Origin: Candidatus Stoquefichus massiliensis AP9
GTDB taxonomy: Bacteria; Bacillota_I; Bacilli_A; Erysipelotrichales; Coprobacillaceae
Direction of reading: 5' to 3'
Assembly: GCF_000455285.1 (NCBI RefSeq)
Contig: NZ_HG005296.1
Coordinates: 31,549-55,548 of the forward strand
Length of the DNA: 24,000 bases
The stretch's first letter is position 1, and each line of letters opens with the position of its first letter. Under the pieces are notes generated by a model. It made no database searches. It saw only the letters and a program-made list of their open reading frames with translations, and had not been told where the DNA came from. A program made the translations under genes and the position numbers. This document shows positions 7,914 through 16,277 of the stretch, in pieces.

Positions 7914-9638
7914 ATGAATTATCAATGGTCATTAGATGCATTATATAAAGGATATCAAGATCCTCAATATCAAAAAGATTTCTCTCTATATATAAAGTTA
8001 TCAACACAATTCTCTCAATATATAAAAACAATGAATGATAACGAATCATCCATAAAAGAAGGATTAAAACTATTAGAAAAAGAATATGATTATAGTTATC
8101 GTTTAAAGATGTATTCTTTACTTATTCAAACAATGGATTCTACAAATAAAGAGGCAATAAGAGAACTTCAAAAAATATCAGATTTACAATCTTCATATTC
8201 TTCTTTTATTATCAAAATCGAGAATCATTTAGGATCACTCAATATACAATCAGCAGATCCATTCCTTTTAGAATATCAATATTATTTAAAAGGATTGAAA
8301 GATAAACAAAAACATACTCTCAACTCTTTACAAGAAGATATTCTTTCTGCCTTGTATCCCTCAACATTAAAATCAATGAGTGATATGTATTATCATTTAA
8401 CATCATGTGCACATCTTGAATGTTTAGGTCAAGATATGACACTCACGCAAATCAAAAACTTATGCCATGATCCATCACAAAATATCAGAAAAGAAGCATT
8501 CTTAAAAGAAATGGAGTGTTATCAGCAAATTGCGGAACCATTAAGTTTTGCTATGAACAATATCAAAAAGCAACAGCTTTATATATCTCGTTTAAGAGGA
8601 TATCAGGATCCTTTAGATAAGATGTTAAAAGAGAGTGGTATGAAAAAAGAAACATTAGATGCTATGATATCTTCAGTTGAAGACTATCTACCAATATTTC
8701 AAGAATACCTATATAACAAAGCCAAAAAATTGGGACATGAAAATGGAATGCCTTGGTATGATATTTATGCAACGATTGATGAATGTCAATATCATTTTAC
8801 CATTGATGAATGTGAAGATATCATTCTTCATTGTTTTAAAGACATTGATAATTCTTTATACCAAATGACAAAAAGAGCTTTTGATGAGAAATGGATTGAT
8901 TATCCAAGTCGCAAAGGCAAACAAGGTGGTGCTTTTTGTGAAAATCTTGCTTGGATTCAAGAAAGTCGTTTAATGACAAACTACAATTCAACACTGAGTG
9001 ATGTTGTGACTGTTGCCCACGAATTAGGACATGCCTATCATGGTCATATGATTGAACATCATCGTCCTTTAAACCGTGAGTATTGTATGCCTTTAGCTGA
9101 AACTGCCTCAATGTTTAATGAAAATATTATTTATCATTCTTTTTATCAAAAAGCTGATCAAAAGAATCAAATGTTAATTTTAGATATTCAATTATCAGCA
9201 TTATGTCAAGTTGTTTGTGATATTTATGCAAGATATACTTTTGAAAAATCAGTTTTTGAAAATATTGAAAAAAATTTCTTATTTGCTGAAGATTTAAATA
9301 AACTCATGATTGATGCATTAAAAAAAGCATTTGGAAAGGGAATGGATGCAAAGTGGTTACATCCATATCGTTGGATAACAAAAGTTCATTACTATATTCC
9401 AGATATAGCATATTATAACTTTCCTTATACATTTGGCGCTTTATTTGCTAGAGGTTTATATGCTATATATCAAAATGATCATACATTCTTTAAAGATTAT
9501 CAAGAACTACTCAAAGCTTCTACAACACATACTGTTGAAGAAACTGCTATGATTGCTGGTATTGATTTAACAAAAAAAGATTTCTGGATTCAATCTTTAG
9601 AATCCATTTATCAGCAAATGTTACAATTCATGAAATGA
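7914..9638 (+). CDS. pepF: M3B-family oligoendopeptidase (PepF-like), cytoplasmic
   Basis: 574 aa. Zinc motif HELGH (VAHELGHAYHG) with a downstream Glu (LAETASMFNE). N-terminal W.LD.LY pattern as in PepF. RBS AAAGGAGG at 7898..7905. Confidence 0.85.
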   Translation: MNYQWSLDALYKGYQDPQYQKDFSLYIKLSTQFSQYIKTMNDNESSIKEGLKLLEKEYDYSYRLKMYSLLIQTMDSTNKEAIRELQKISDLQSSYSSFIIKIENHLGSLNIQSADPFLLEYQYYLKGLKDKQKHTLNSLQEDILSALYPSTLKSMSDMYYHLTSCAHLECLGQDMTLTQIKNLCHDPSQNIRKEAFLKEMECYQQIAEPLSFAMNNIKKQQLYISRLRGYQDPLDKMLKESGMKKETLDAMISSVEDYLPIFQEYLYNKAKKLGHENGMPWYDIYATIDECQYHFTIDECEDIILHCFKDIDNSLYQMTKRAFDEKWIDYPSRKGKQGGAFCENLAWIQESRLMTNYNSTLSDVVTVAHELGHAYHGHMIEHHRPLNREYCMPLAETASMFNENIIYHSFYQKADQKNQMLILDIQLSALCQVVCDIYARYTFEKSVFENIEKNFLFAEDLNKLMIDALKKAFGKGMDAKWLHPYRWITKVHYYIPDIAYYNFPYTFGALFARGLYAIYQNDHTFFKDYQELLKASTTHTVEETAMIAGIDLTKKDFWIQSLESIYQQMLQFMK

Positions 9639-9743
9639 TTAGAATCATACGAACATGATATTCAAATGAATAAACTCGCTGTTATCATCAACTTATAATG
9701 ATAACTAATATGATAGATGAGAACCTCCCTTTCTCATACAAAC

Positions 9744-9769
9744 AAAAACTGTATTTTTACAGTTTTTTT
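9744..9769 (+). terminator. Intrinsic terminator after the M3 peptidase gene
   Basis: Stem AAAAACTGTA (9744..9753) / TACAGTTTTT (9758..9767), 4-nt loop, T-run to 9769. Confidence 0.65.
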
Positions 9770-9814
9770 AATATTGTTTTTATGTGGTTGTCTTTTATTA
9801 TATTGAATATATAG

Positions 9815-9838
9815 AAAAAAGCACATCAAAGTGCTTTA
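9815..9838 (-). terminator. Probable intrinsic terminator after the M42 gene pair
   Basis: Minus strand reads AAAGCAC-TTTGAT-GTGCTTT followed by TTT (plus-strand arms 9818..9824 and 9831..9837). It overlaps the TAA stop at 9836..9838. Confidence 0.45.
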
Positions 9839-10927
9839 TCCGATTCCATGATTGAATTGTTTATATTTATTCCAGTCTAATCTTCTACATAACTCAGCAA
9901 TAGCTTCAACAGTTTGTACATAATCTTTACGATGAATGATTAAGCGATGAGAATGCATATAACGTGTAGGAATACTTAAGGTCATACAAATAACCCCATC
10001 ATATGCTTTATGAATATTATCTGCATCTGTTCCTCCTACTGTCATCATATCATAATTGATATCTAAATGAAGATCTTTACAAATAGACTCCATCTCTTTT
10101 AATAGCGCTTTATGTCCAATGATTCCAGCATCCATAATACTTAAGACAACTCCCTTACCAAGTTTTATTTGTCCTTGATCTACAGGTGTATCCATAGCTG
10201 TTGTCACGTCTAAAGCAATAGCAACATCAGGATGAATCATATTGGCAGCAGTTCTTGCTCCTCTTAATCCAACTTCTTCCTGAACAGTTCCGACAGCATA
10301 GACATCAGCTTCTATATCATCATGGGATATACGTTCTAAAACCTCAATAGCTGCTGCTGCACATAAACGATCATCCCAAGCTTTACCCATTAAATAATTA
10401 GGATTATTCATGATTTCAAACTGAGTATCTGGTGTAATCATATCACCAATTTGAATTCCTAAATCCAATACTTCTTGTCTGTTATCAACACCTAAGTCTA
10501 AGAATAAATCTATTGGTTTGATAACTTTTTCTTTGACTTCTTTTTTGAGTCCATGTGGTGCACTACTACCAATCACACCATGATATCTTTTTCCACTTGC
10601 TGTTGTAATATAGAATGTTTGTGAAGGTAGAACATGTCCCCACCAACCACCAACAGGCAAAAGTCTAATAAATCCATTTTCATCTATTTCTCTCACCATG
10701 AAACCAACTTCATCCATATGACCTGCAATCATAATCTTAGGTCCATGATGACCTTTTTTAACACCAATAATAGATCCTAAGTTATCATATGTGATTTCAT
10801 CACATATAGGTTTCATGTATTTTTTCATAATTCTACTGACTTCTTTTTCACATCCTGATATTCCATGAGCCTCACTCATTTCTTTAATCATATCAAGATT
10901 CATTTTTCCATAGGGTTCCTTTAACAT
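9836..10927 (-). CDS. M42-family aminopeptidase (FrvX/YsdC/PepA-like), paralog 1
   Basis: 363 aa. All M42 metal/catalytic motifs are present: GHMDEVGF, AWDDR, VQEEVGLRGA, ALDVT and a C-terminal YMHSH. RBS AAGAGG 7 nt upstream of ATG 10927. Confidence 0.85.
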   Translation of the reverse strand: MLKEPYGKMNLDMIKEMSEAHGISGCEKEVSRIMKKYMKPICDEITYDNLGSIIGVKKGHHGPKIMIAGHMDEVGFMVREIDENGFIRLLPVGGWWGHVLPSQTFYITTASGKRYHGVIGSSAPHGLKKEVKEKVIKPIDLFLDLGVDNRQEVLDLGIQIGDMITPDTQFEIMNNPNYLMGKAWDDRLCAAAAIEVLERISHDDIEADVYAVGTVQEEVGLRGARTAANMIHPDVAIALDVTTAMDTPVDQGQIKLGKGVVLSIMDAGIIGHKALLKEMESICKDLHLDINYDMMTVGGTDADNIHKAYDGVICMTLSIPTRYMHSHRLIIHRKDYVQTVEAIAELCRRLDWNKYKQFNHGIG

Positions 10928-10938
10928 ATCATAGCCTC

Positions 10939-11991
10939 TTATCTATTTTCTTCTTTAAATGCTTGAATTTGCTTTTCATCAAGTGAAGTCAATACTTGAA
11001 TGATCGCTTTTTGAGCACTATTATAATCTCTTAAATCAATCATAGAATTTCCAGTATGAACACCTCTAGCACAAATACATGTACTCAAAGTTGGACATCC
11101 TGCAAATAATTTATGAATCCATGCTGAATCAGTTTGTCCCATATTATAGAAATATTGATAGTCTATATCATTTTTCTGACAAATTTCAACAAGATAATTT
11201 AATAATGCACGATTAGGCATCATCCCTTTATCATAATAACGAATTAAAATTCCCTTTCCTAATTGACCAATTTCATTGTCTTTTCCTTGATAGTCATCAG
11301 CAAATGAACAATCCATCACAATCCCCATATCAGGATGAATAAGACCAGTTGCTGTCGTTGCTCCACGCATTCCTACTTCTTCCTGTACAGTTGCCCCAAT
11401 ATACAAATCATAATCCAATTCAATATCTTTTAATGCCTTTAATACTTCAATTGCCATGATACAGCCATAACGATTGTCCCATGCTTTAGATACAATACGA
11501 TTTTCATTGAAAATTGTAAAAGAACCATCAAGAACAGCACTATCTCCTACATGTATTCCCATGTTTTCAACTTCCTCTTGTCCTGATGCGCCAATATCTA
11601 TCAACATCTTCTTTTCATCACATGCCTCAATATCCTTTAATGAACAGCCAATAATACCAATAACTTCATTTCCATCCTGTTTCAATACACGTACACGACT
11701 AGATAATAAAACCTGATTATCTATTCCACCAATTTTGATAAACTTCAATAAACCATTTTTGGTGATTTCTGTAATCATTAAACCGACTTCATCCATATGA
11801 CCACATACCATAACTCTTTGTGCATTTTCTTTTTTACTCTTTTTCACTGCAAAAAGACTTCCTAAGTGATCATAAACAATTTCATCACAATAAGGCTCTA
11901 AATAAGATTTCAATAATAAAGATACTCGTCTTTCATCACCTGCAATACCTACAACTTGTGTCATTTCTTCCATTAATTTTAAACTATCCAT
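10939..11991 (-). CDS. M42-family aminopeptidase, paralog 2
   Basis: Motifs GHMDEVGL, AWDNR, VQEEVGMRGA, VMDCS and GVHTGNS. The ORF track starts at 12009. I prefer ATG 11991 (MDSLKLMEEM, RBS AAAGGCAGG 6 nt upstream) because the predicted -10 (12015..12020) puts the transcript start at about 12008. Confidence 0.8.
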   Translation of the reverse strand: MDSLKLMEEMTQVVGIAGDERRVSLLLKSYLEPYCDEIVYDHLGSLFAVKKSKKENAQRVMVCGHMDEVGLMITEITKNGLLKFIKIGGIDNQVLLSSRVRVLKQDGNEVIGIIGCSLKDIEACDEKKMLIDIGASGQEEVENMGIHVGDSAVLDGSFTIFNENRIVSKAWDNRYGCIMAIEVLKALKDIELDYDLYIGATVQEEVGMRGATTATGLIHPDMGIVMDCSFADDYQGKDNEIGQLGKGILIRYYDKGMMPNRALLNYLVEICQKNDIDYQYFYNMGQTDSAWIHKLFAGCPTLSTCICARGVHTGNSMIDLRDYNSAQKAIIQVLTSLDEKQIQAFKEENR

Positions 11992-12053
11992 AACATACCT
12001 GCCTTTCATACTCTATTATAAATCCAAATAGCTACTCACATATGTAAGTTTCT

Positions 12054-12069
12054 TTCCTATTAAACGGAA
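12054..12069. promoter_or_regulatory. Degenerate operator S3 (TTCCTATTAAACGGAA) upstream of the M42 pair
   Basis: The TTCC-N8-GGAA core is kept, with 3 mismatches to the other sites. It lies exactly 33 nt from a minus-strand TATAAT at 12015..12020. Confidence 0.4.
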
Positions 12070-12072
12070 AAA

Positions 12073-12101
12073 AAGAACATGATTTTAATAACCATGTTCT
12101 T
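12073..12101 (-). terminator. Intrinsic terminator after the GrdB-like gene
   Basis: Minus strand reads AAGAACATG-(11-nt loop containing the TAA stop)-CATGTTCTT followed by TTTTT. Plus-strand arms are 12073..12081 and 12093..12101. Confidence 0.6.
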
Positions 12102-12606
12102 TTACAAACGCACTCACATCTTCTTTATTCACTAATCGTTTTGCGAGAGTGACCATATTCGATAGAGCCTGATTTAAACCAGTTCCACCCTTTTTAGGCA
12201 TTTTTAAAATATATACCTTATCTTTATAATCAGCAATAGCTGTTTCACATTCTTGTGACATGATGGCAAAGGCTGGAATATTTGTATGTTCCTGAATTGT
12301 TAATGCTGTCTTAGCTGCCATGATACCATATTCTCCATAATTGAAACATGGTCCACAAATGACAACATCCGGTTGAATCTTTTTCGCCATGGCTGCAAAC
12401 TTTTTAGAAACAGTTTCCGGATCATTCATAAATGTTCCATTCCCACAGTATAAAGTTCCAATAATTTTCCCACCAGCATCTTTCACCTGTTTTTCAAACA
12501 TATTACAAGATCCCATTGCTATCATTTTACCACCTAATGCTAAATCTGCACTCTCTTTTCCGCCTAAACCAGCTTGAGTTTGATCAAATATCATCAATAC
12601 CTTCAT
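12085..12606 (-). CDS. Stand-alone GrdB-N-terminal-domain protein (glycine/sarcosine/betaine reductase component B family, no selenocysteine-containing half)
   Basis: 173 aa. MKVLMIFDQTQAGLGGKESAD, then GTLYCGNGTF, then QPDVVICGPCFNYGEYG. From memory this follows the N-terminal third of GrdB/PrdB-type proteins (VHY.NQF.GGIGGEEKAD ... PD.fIAGPAFNAGRYG). RBS AAGGAG 7 nt upstream. The start lies 23 nt inside the EIIB copy 2 gene. Confidence 0.6.
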   Translation of the reverse strand: MKVLMIFDQTQAGLGGKESADLALGGKMIAMGSCNMFEKQVKDAGGKIIGTLYCGNGTFMNDPETVSKKFAAMAKKIQPDVVICGPCFNYGEYGIMAAKTALTIQEHTNIPAFAIMSQECETAIADYKDKVYILKMPKKGGTGLNQALSNMVTLAKRLVNKEDVSAFVKEHGY

Positions 12607-12937
12607 CTTTCTTCTCCTTGTTTTCTTTCATTGCTAAAAGAGCTTGCTTCAAGACTTTATCACTATTTAACATTCCATAATCCTCTTGTGAAATCATCAT
12701 AATAGGAATCTTTAAATCTTTAAATCTCTGTCTTGTCTCTTCTAACAAATATTTGACTTGAGGCCCTAGAAGAATAGCATCAGGCAATGATTGCTTTTCT
12801 ATCACACTTGGCAGTTTTCCATGAGGATAAGCGACAATCTCAATGGGTAATTGATGCCTATTGGCACATTCCTGCATCATACTTGCCAGCATACTTGTTG
12901 ACATTCCCTGACTACATAATAAATATATCTTCTTCAT
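12584..12937 (-). CDS. PTS EIIB component, lactose/cellobiose/chitobiose family (copy 2)
   Basis: 117 aa. MKKIYLLCSQGMSTSML with the active Cys, plus LLGPQVKY. About half the residues match copy 1 by eye. It has an extra acidic C-terminal tail (KEKKDEGIDDI). Confidence 0.9.
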   Translation of the reverse strand: MKKIYLLCSQGMSTSMLASMMQECANRHQLPIEIVAYPHGKLPSVIEKQSLPDAILLGPQVKYLLEETRQRFKDLKIPIMMISQEDYGMLNSDKVLKQALLAMKENKEKKDEGIDDI

Positions 12938-12993
12938 CGTTCCTTATTCTCCTTTATTATAAATCAATTTCTTTTTTTATATTTCAAATTCTT

Positions 12994-13009
12994 TTCCTAA
13001 CACTAGGAA
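12994..13009. promoter_or_regulatory. Operator palindrome S4 (TTCCTAACACTAGGAA) upstream of EIIB copy 2
   Basis: 16-bp perfect inverted repeat, 32 nt from a minus-strand TATAAT at 12956..12961. The right half contains the TAG stop (13003..13005) of the S66 peptidase gene. Confidence 0.55.
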
Positions 13010-13965
13010 AGAATTCTGAGTTGTTTGTTTTCCATATCAACCTGAACTCTTCCACCAATTGGTAAAGTCATCATTGGTGTTGTATGACCAAAATCCATAT
13101 TATACATAATTGGTATATGTTTTAAAACTTGTTTAGACTCTAAAATTTTTAATAATTTATCATCTGTAATGAAACTTCCTTTTTGCATTCTCCCTATTAA
13201 TAATGCTTTCACTTTATCAAAGCCTATACATTGTGTTAAAGATTCTAAGTTTCTATCAAATTCAAATAAACTATATTCTTTTGCAACTTCACAATCCTCT
13301 TCAATTAAAATAATTTTATTTTCTAATGATGGCATATATTCTGTTCCTTGTAAAAGCTGAAATGTATTTAAATTACCTCCAATAAGAATCCCTTCAACAT
13401 TTTTTCCATGATAGACTTTCCAGCCATTATTTTTATAAAAATGGCGATGATTTTGATCCAAATACCACGCTTCATCTGACCATTCTTTTGAAGCTTTAAG
13501 TGTACAGTCATTTTCCATCAGAACCTTTTGAAATGATTCTAAAGAATATTCAAACCCCTTTTGCATAGCAAAACTTGAATAATGCAAACCTAAATATGTT
13601 ATCATTCCTGTTTTTGTATATATTGCATTGAGGAGAGCAGTTATATCTGAATATCCACAAAGAATTGTAGGATTTTCTTTGATAAGATGATAATCAAGAT
13701 AAGGTAGAATTTGATTCACTTGGAAACCACCTGTTGCAGTTATTATCACTTTTACATGAGAATCTAAAAATGCATTTTCTAAATCTTCTTTTCTATTTTG
13801 AATACTGGTTGTTAGAAATTCATTGCTTTCATAAAAATGTTTTCCATAATCCACAAAAAAACCTAAAGATTCTAACTTTTCTCTTGCTAGAATCATTGAA
13901 TCGCCTAATTGTACAGCACTCATTGATGGCGCAATCACTCTTATAAGATCACCTTTTTTAAGCAT
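13003..13965 (-). CDS. S66-family LD-carboxypeptidase (LdcA/MccF-like), cytoplasmic
   Basis: Nucleophile elbow GYSDITAL, and a C-terminal FGHTTP motif with the catalytic His. I set the start at ATG 13965 (MLKKGDLIRVIAPS), with RBS AAAAGGAG 7 nt upstream. The listed start 14025 adds 20 non-conserved residues. Confidence 0.8.
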   Translation of the reverse strand: MLKKGDLIRVIAPSMSAVQLGDSMILAREKLESLGFFVDYGKHFYESNEFLTTSIQNRKEDLENAFLDSHVKVIITATGGFQVNQILPYLDYHLIKENPTILCGYSDITALLNAIYTKTGMITYLGLHYSSFAMQKGFEYSLESFQKVLMENDCTLKASKEWSDEAWYLDQNHRHFYKNNGWKVYHGKNVEGILIGGNLNTFQLLQGTEYMPSLENKIILIEEDCEVAKEYSLFEFDRNLESLTQCIGFDKVKALLIGRMQKGSFITDDKLLKILESKQVLKHIPIMYNMDFGHTTPMMTLPIGGRVQVDMENKQLRILS

Positions 13966-14031
13966 AAGAAATCTCCTTTTCGACAGTTCTCTTGATACAT
14001 AAGAAAAATATTTATTAATTTTCATGTCATC

Positions 14032-14040
14032 ATTATATCA
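14032..14040 (-). promoter_or_regulatory. Extended -10 promoter element (TGATATAAT) for the S66 peptidase gene
   Basis: The minus strand reads TGATATAAT. No TTCCTA/TAGGAA palindrome is found 32-33 nt upstream (14071 onward), unlike all neighbouring promoters. Confidence 0.45.
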
Positions 14041-14193
14041 CAATTAGCAACCTCAAGAAACGCCAAAAATTATCATTTTACAATAATTAATTCATGAAAT
14101 ATATCATACTGACTCTTAACTTAAGTCAATCATAAATCCATTGATATGTTTACAGTTCCACCTCAATAAAACAGTATTTATGATAAAAAGAAA

Positions 14194-14218
14194 ATAGAAA
14201 AACGGACAAAATGTCCGT
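14194..14218 (-). terminator. Intrinsic terminator after EIIC
   Basis: Minus strand reads ACGGACA-TTT-TGTCCGT followed by TTTTCTATTTT (plus-strand arms 14202..14208 and 14212..14218), immediately after the EIIC stop at 14221. Confidence 0.65.
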
Positions 14219-14220
14219 CA

Positions 14221-15585
14221 TTATAAATCAGAAAGATCTAAATCATCAAATGAAATATCTTCATCATCCTCATCTTCTGCTTCTAATTCCTCTTTTAAAT
14301 ATTGTTTATCTAACGCCTTAATAAATGGGAAATAAACAAGACAGCCTAAGACTAATAAGAAGATTTGCCAGATTGCAGCAATTGGCGAACCTGTTGATAA
14401 CCATCCAGAGAAACCAATTGGCGTTGTCCATGGTAGATTCACTCCTGTTGTTCTTGGAATGATTTCCCAAAGTGTTGCTAAGTAAGATAAAACTAAGTTC
14501 ATCATTGGTACTAAGATAAATGGTATAGCAATAATTGGATTTAAAACAATTGGTAAACCAAAGATAATAGGTTCATTGATACCAAATATTCCTGGAACAA
14601 TACTTAATTTTCCTAATTGTTTAATACGCTGAGATTTACAAAATCCTAACATCACAATAACCAAAGATAGAGTAGAACCTCCACCTCCAAAATTACAGAA
14701 GAAATTAGAGAATGGATTTGTAAAGATATGTGGTAATGCTTTTCCTGCTTCAAATGCAACTTGTTGTTCAATTGTTAAGACATTTCCAATAAAATATACA
14801 GAGTTTGCTACTGCAGGTCCATTAATACCAAAAAACCATAAGAATGTACATGCAAATGAATAAATAGCATTTGCAGCTAATGTATCTCCTAATCCTTTAA
14901 GTGGTATTTGTAAGATTTCCAATACAAATTGATGTGCTGTTCCAAACGAAGTCAAACCAAATAAAATACGTACTAAGAAGAATATTGTCATAACGAATGC
15001 ACTTGGTATTAATGCAGCAAATGAATCACATACTGCTGGAGGTACCCCTTTAGGCATCTTAATCGTCCATCCCTTTTTATAAACCCATGTAAAGATTAAA
15101 ACAGAAATAAGAGCACACACAAGTCCCATAAAAATTCCATCAGCACCAATATATCTAAATGCTAATCCATCAATTCCGTTTTCAGCAGCATCACTACCTT
15201 TTAGCAAGCTGACACCTGGAATTGATCCAATTCTTGTGTTTGTCAGAATAACAAAAGCAACTAACGAAACAACTGCTCCTTGAATTTTATCTCCTTTTAA
15301 TTCTCTTGCAAATGCATAACCAGTCCCAACGCAAGTCAGTAGACCAGTCATATTAAATGTTGCTCTTGAAACATTTGTAAACCAAGTTCCCCAGTTTTCT
15401 CCAAATACACTTGTCATCATATCTTCCCAGCCTGGAATTGGGAAGTTAGCAATTAACAAGAAGATTGATCCAACAATCAATAATGGAGTCGTGATTAAGA
15501 AACCATCACGAATAGCGATTAACACTCTATTTTTACCAAGTTTATCAGCAATTGGCATTAATACGCTTTCTAATTTGTTAAACAT
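14221..15585 (-). CDS. PTS EIIC permease, lactose/cellobiose/chitobiose family, with strongly acidic C-terminal tail
   Basis: 454-aa polytopic membrane protein. The N-terminus MFNKLESVLMPIADKLGKNRVLIAIRDGF is typical of ChbC/CelB/LicC-type EIIC. RBS AAAGGAGG at 15593..15600. Tail is EELEAEDEDDEDISFDDLDLSDL. Confidence 0.9.
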   Translation of the reverse strand: MFNKLESVLMPIADKLGKNRVLIAIRDGFLITTPLLIVGSIFLLIANFPIPGWEDMMTSVFGENWGTWFTNVSRATFNMTGLLTCVGTGYAFARELKGDKIQGAVVSLVAFVILTNTRIGSIPGVSLLKGSDAAENGIDGLAFRYIGADGIFMGLVCALISVLIFTWVYKKGWTIKMPKGVPPAVCDSFAALIPSAFVMTIFFLVRILFGLTSFGTAHQFVLEILQIPLKGLGDTLAANAIYSFACTFLWFFGINGPAVANSVYFIGNVLTIEQQVAFEAGKALPHIFTNPFSNFFCNFGGGGSTLSLVIVMLGFCKSQRIKQLGKLSIVPGIFGINEPIIFGLPIVLNPIIAIPFILVPMMNLVLSYLATLWEIIPRTTGVNLPWTTPIGFSGWLSTGSPIAAIWQIFLLVLGCLVYFPFIKALDKQYLKEELEAEDEDDEDISFDDLDLSDL

Positions 15586-15653
15586 ATTTTTTCCTCCTTT
15601 TCAAATCTGTCTACATTATAACAATCAACAATATCTTATTTTTCTAAAAAGTT

Positions 15654-15670
15654 TTCCTAACATATAGGAA
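15654..15670. promoter_or_regulatory. Operator palindrome S5 (TTCCTAACATATAGGAA) upstream of EIIC
   Basis: 17-bp inverted repeat, 33 nt from a minus-strand extended -10 TGTTATAAT (15615..15623). It sits 4 nt downstream of the RDD gene stop. Confidence 0.6.
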
Positions 15671-15674
15671 ATAT

Positions 15675-16277
15675 TTAATCTTCTCCTGTTATAACTAATT
15701 TTGTTTTTGCAATATAATCATGAAACATCTTTCTTTGTGGTGATGCACATGCCCACAACATAGAAACCGCTGTGATAATACCAAATAGATAAACATAAAT
15801 ATGATTCAAATCTTTACCAACCAAAATATTAATGATCTGATGAAAATAACTAGAACTTGCTGCAATATATCCTTCAACAATCATAACGCCAATGACTTCA
15901 CGTTTCAGTAAAGTTTTAAGATCAACATCATTGTCATCATTTTTTACAACTTTAATATTCATAATCTTTTTAGCAAAAGTTTGTCCTGGATAGATCTTGA
16001 GTGGAACAATGATAAAATAAGCAAGATAAACAGTAATCGCAAGTATTCCTGCTAAAATACTATAAGGCATAGGTAATAAAGTAATATTTTGAGTAATTTC
16101 TAAATCTTGAAAAAAGATTGAATAAATGAAAACAACAGGAATTCCTGCCAGCATACTTGCTGCGTACCAGTCAATCACATAAGCAAATAAGCGTTTAAAG
16201 TTATTTACTGTTGTCGGATTTGATTCTATGATTCTTGTATTATTTAATGCTGCATAATTAATTGTAGGTTTTTTCAT
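15675..16277 (-). CDS. RDD-family-like integral membrane protein
   Basis: About 200 aa from ATG 16277 (MKKPTINY), with RBS AAGGAGA 6 nt upstream. FKRLFAYVIDWY... followed by 3-4 TM helices fits the RDD architecture. The start overlaps the regulator's last 20 nt. The listed 16361 start runs deep into the regulator gene. Confidence 0.5.
   Translation of the reverse strand: MKKPTINYAALNNTRIIESNPTTVNNFKRLFAYVIDWYAASMLAGIPVVFIYSIFFQDLEITQNITLLPMPYSILAGILAITVYLAYFIIVPLKIYPGQTFAKKIMNIKVVKNDDNDVDLKTLLKREVIGVMIVEGYIAASSSYFHQIINILVGKDLNHIYVYLFGIITAVSMLWACASPQRKMFHDYIAKTKLVITGED

Noticed and set aside
8677-9111. ORFs 8677..8868 (+, alternate frame) and 8836..9111 (-) within the M3 peptidase gene
   Set aside because: They are embedded in a CDS that carries HELGH and other family motifs. 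There is no independent start signal.
9681-9736. Two small inverted repeats (GTTATCAT/ATGATAAC and TGAGAA/TTCTCA) downstream of the M3 peptidase gene
   Set aside because: They are short A-T-rich stems in a convergent intergenic region that already has a clear terminator at 9744..9769. There is no associated ORF or motif.
11474-13946. Plus-strand ORFs 11474..11716, 12389..12577, 12787..13065, 13169..13360 and 13734..13946
   Set aside because: All are antisense to strongly supported minus-strand genes (M42, GrdB-like, EIIB2, S66). 12787..13065 merely runs across the intergenic operator. None has an RBS.
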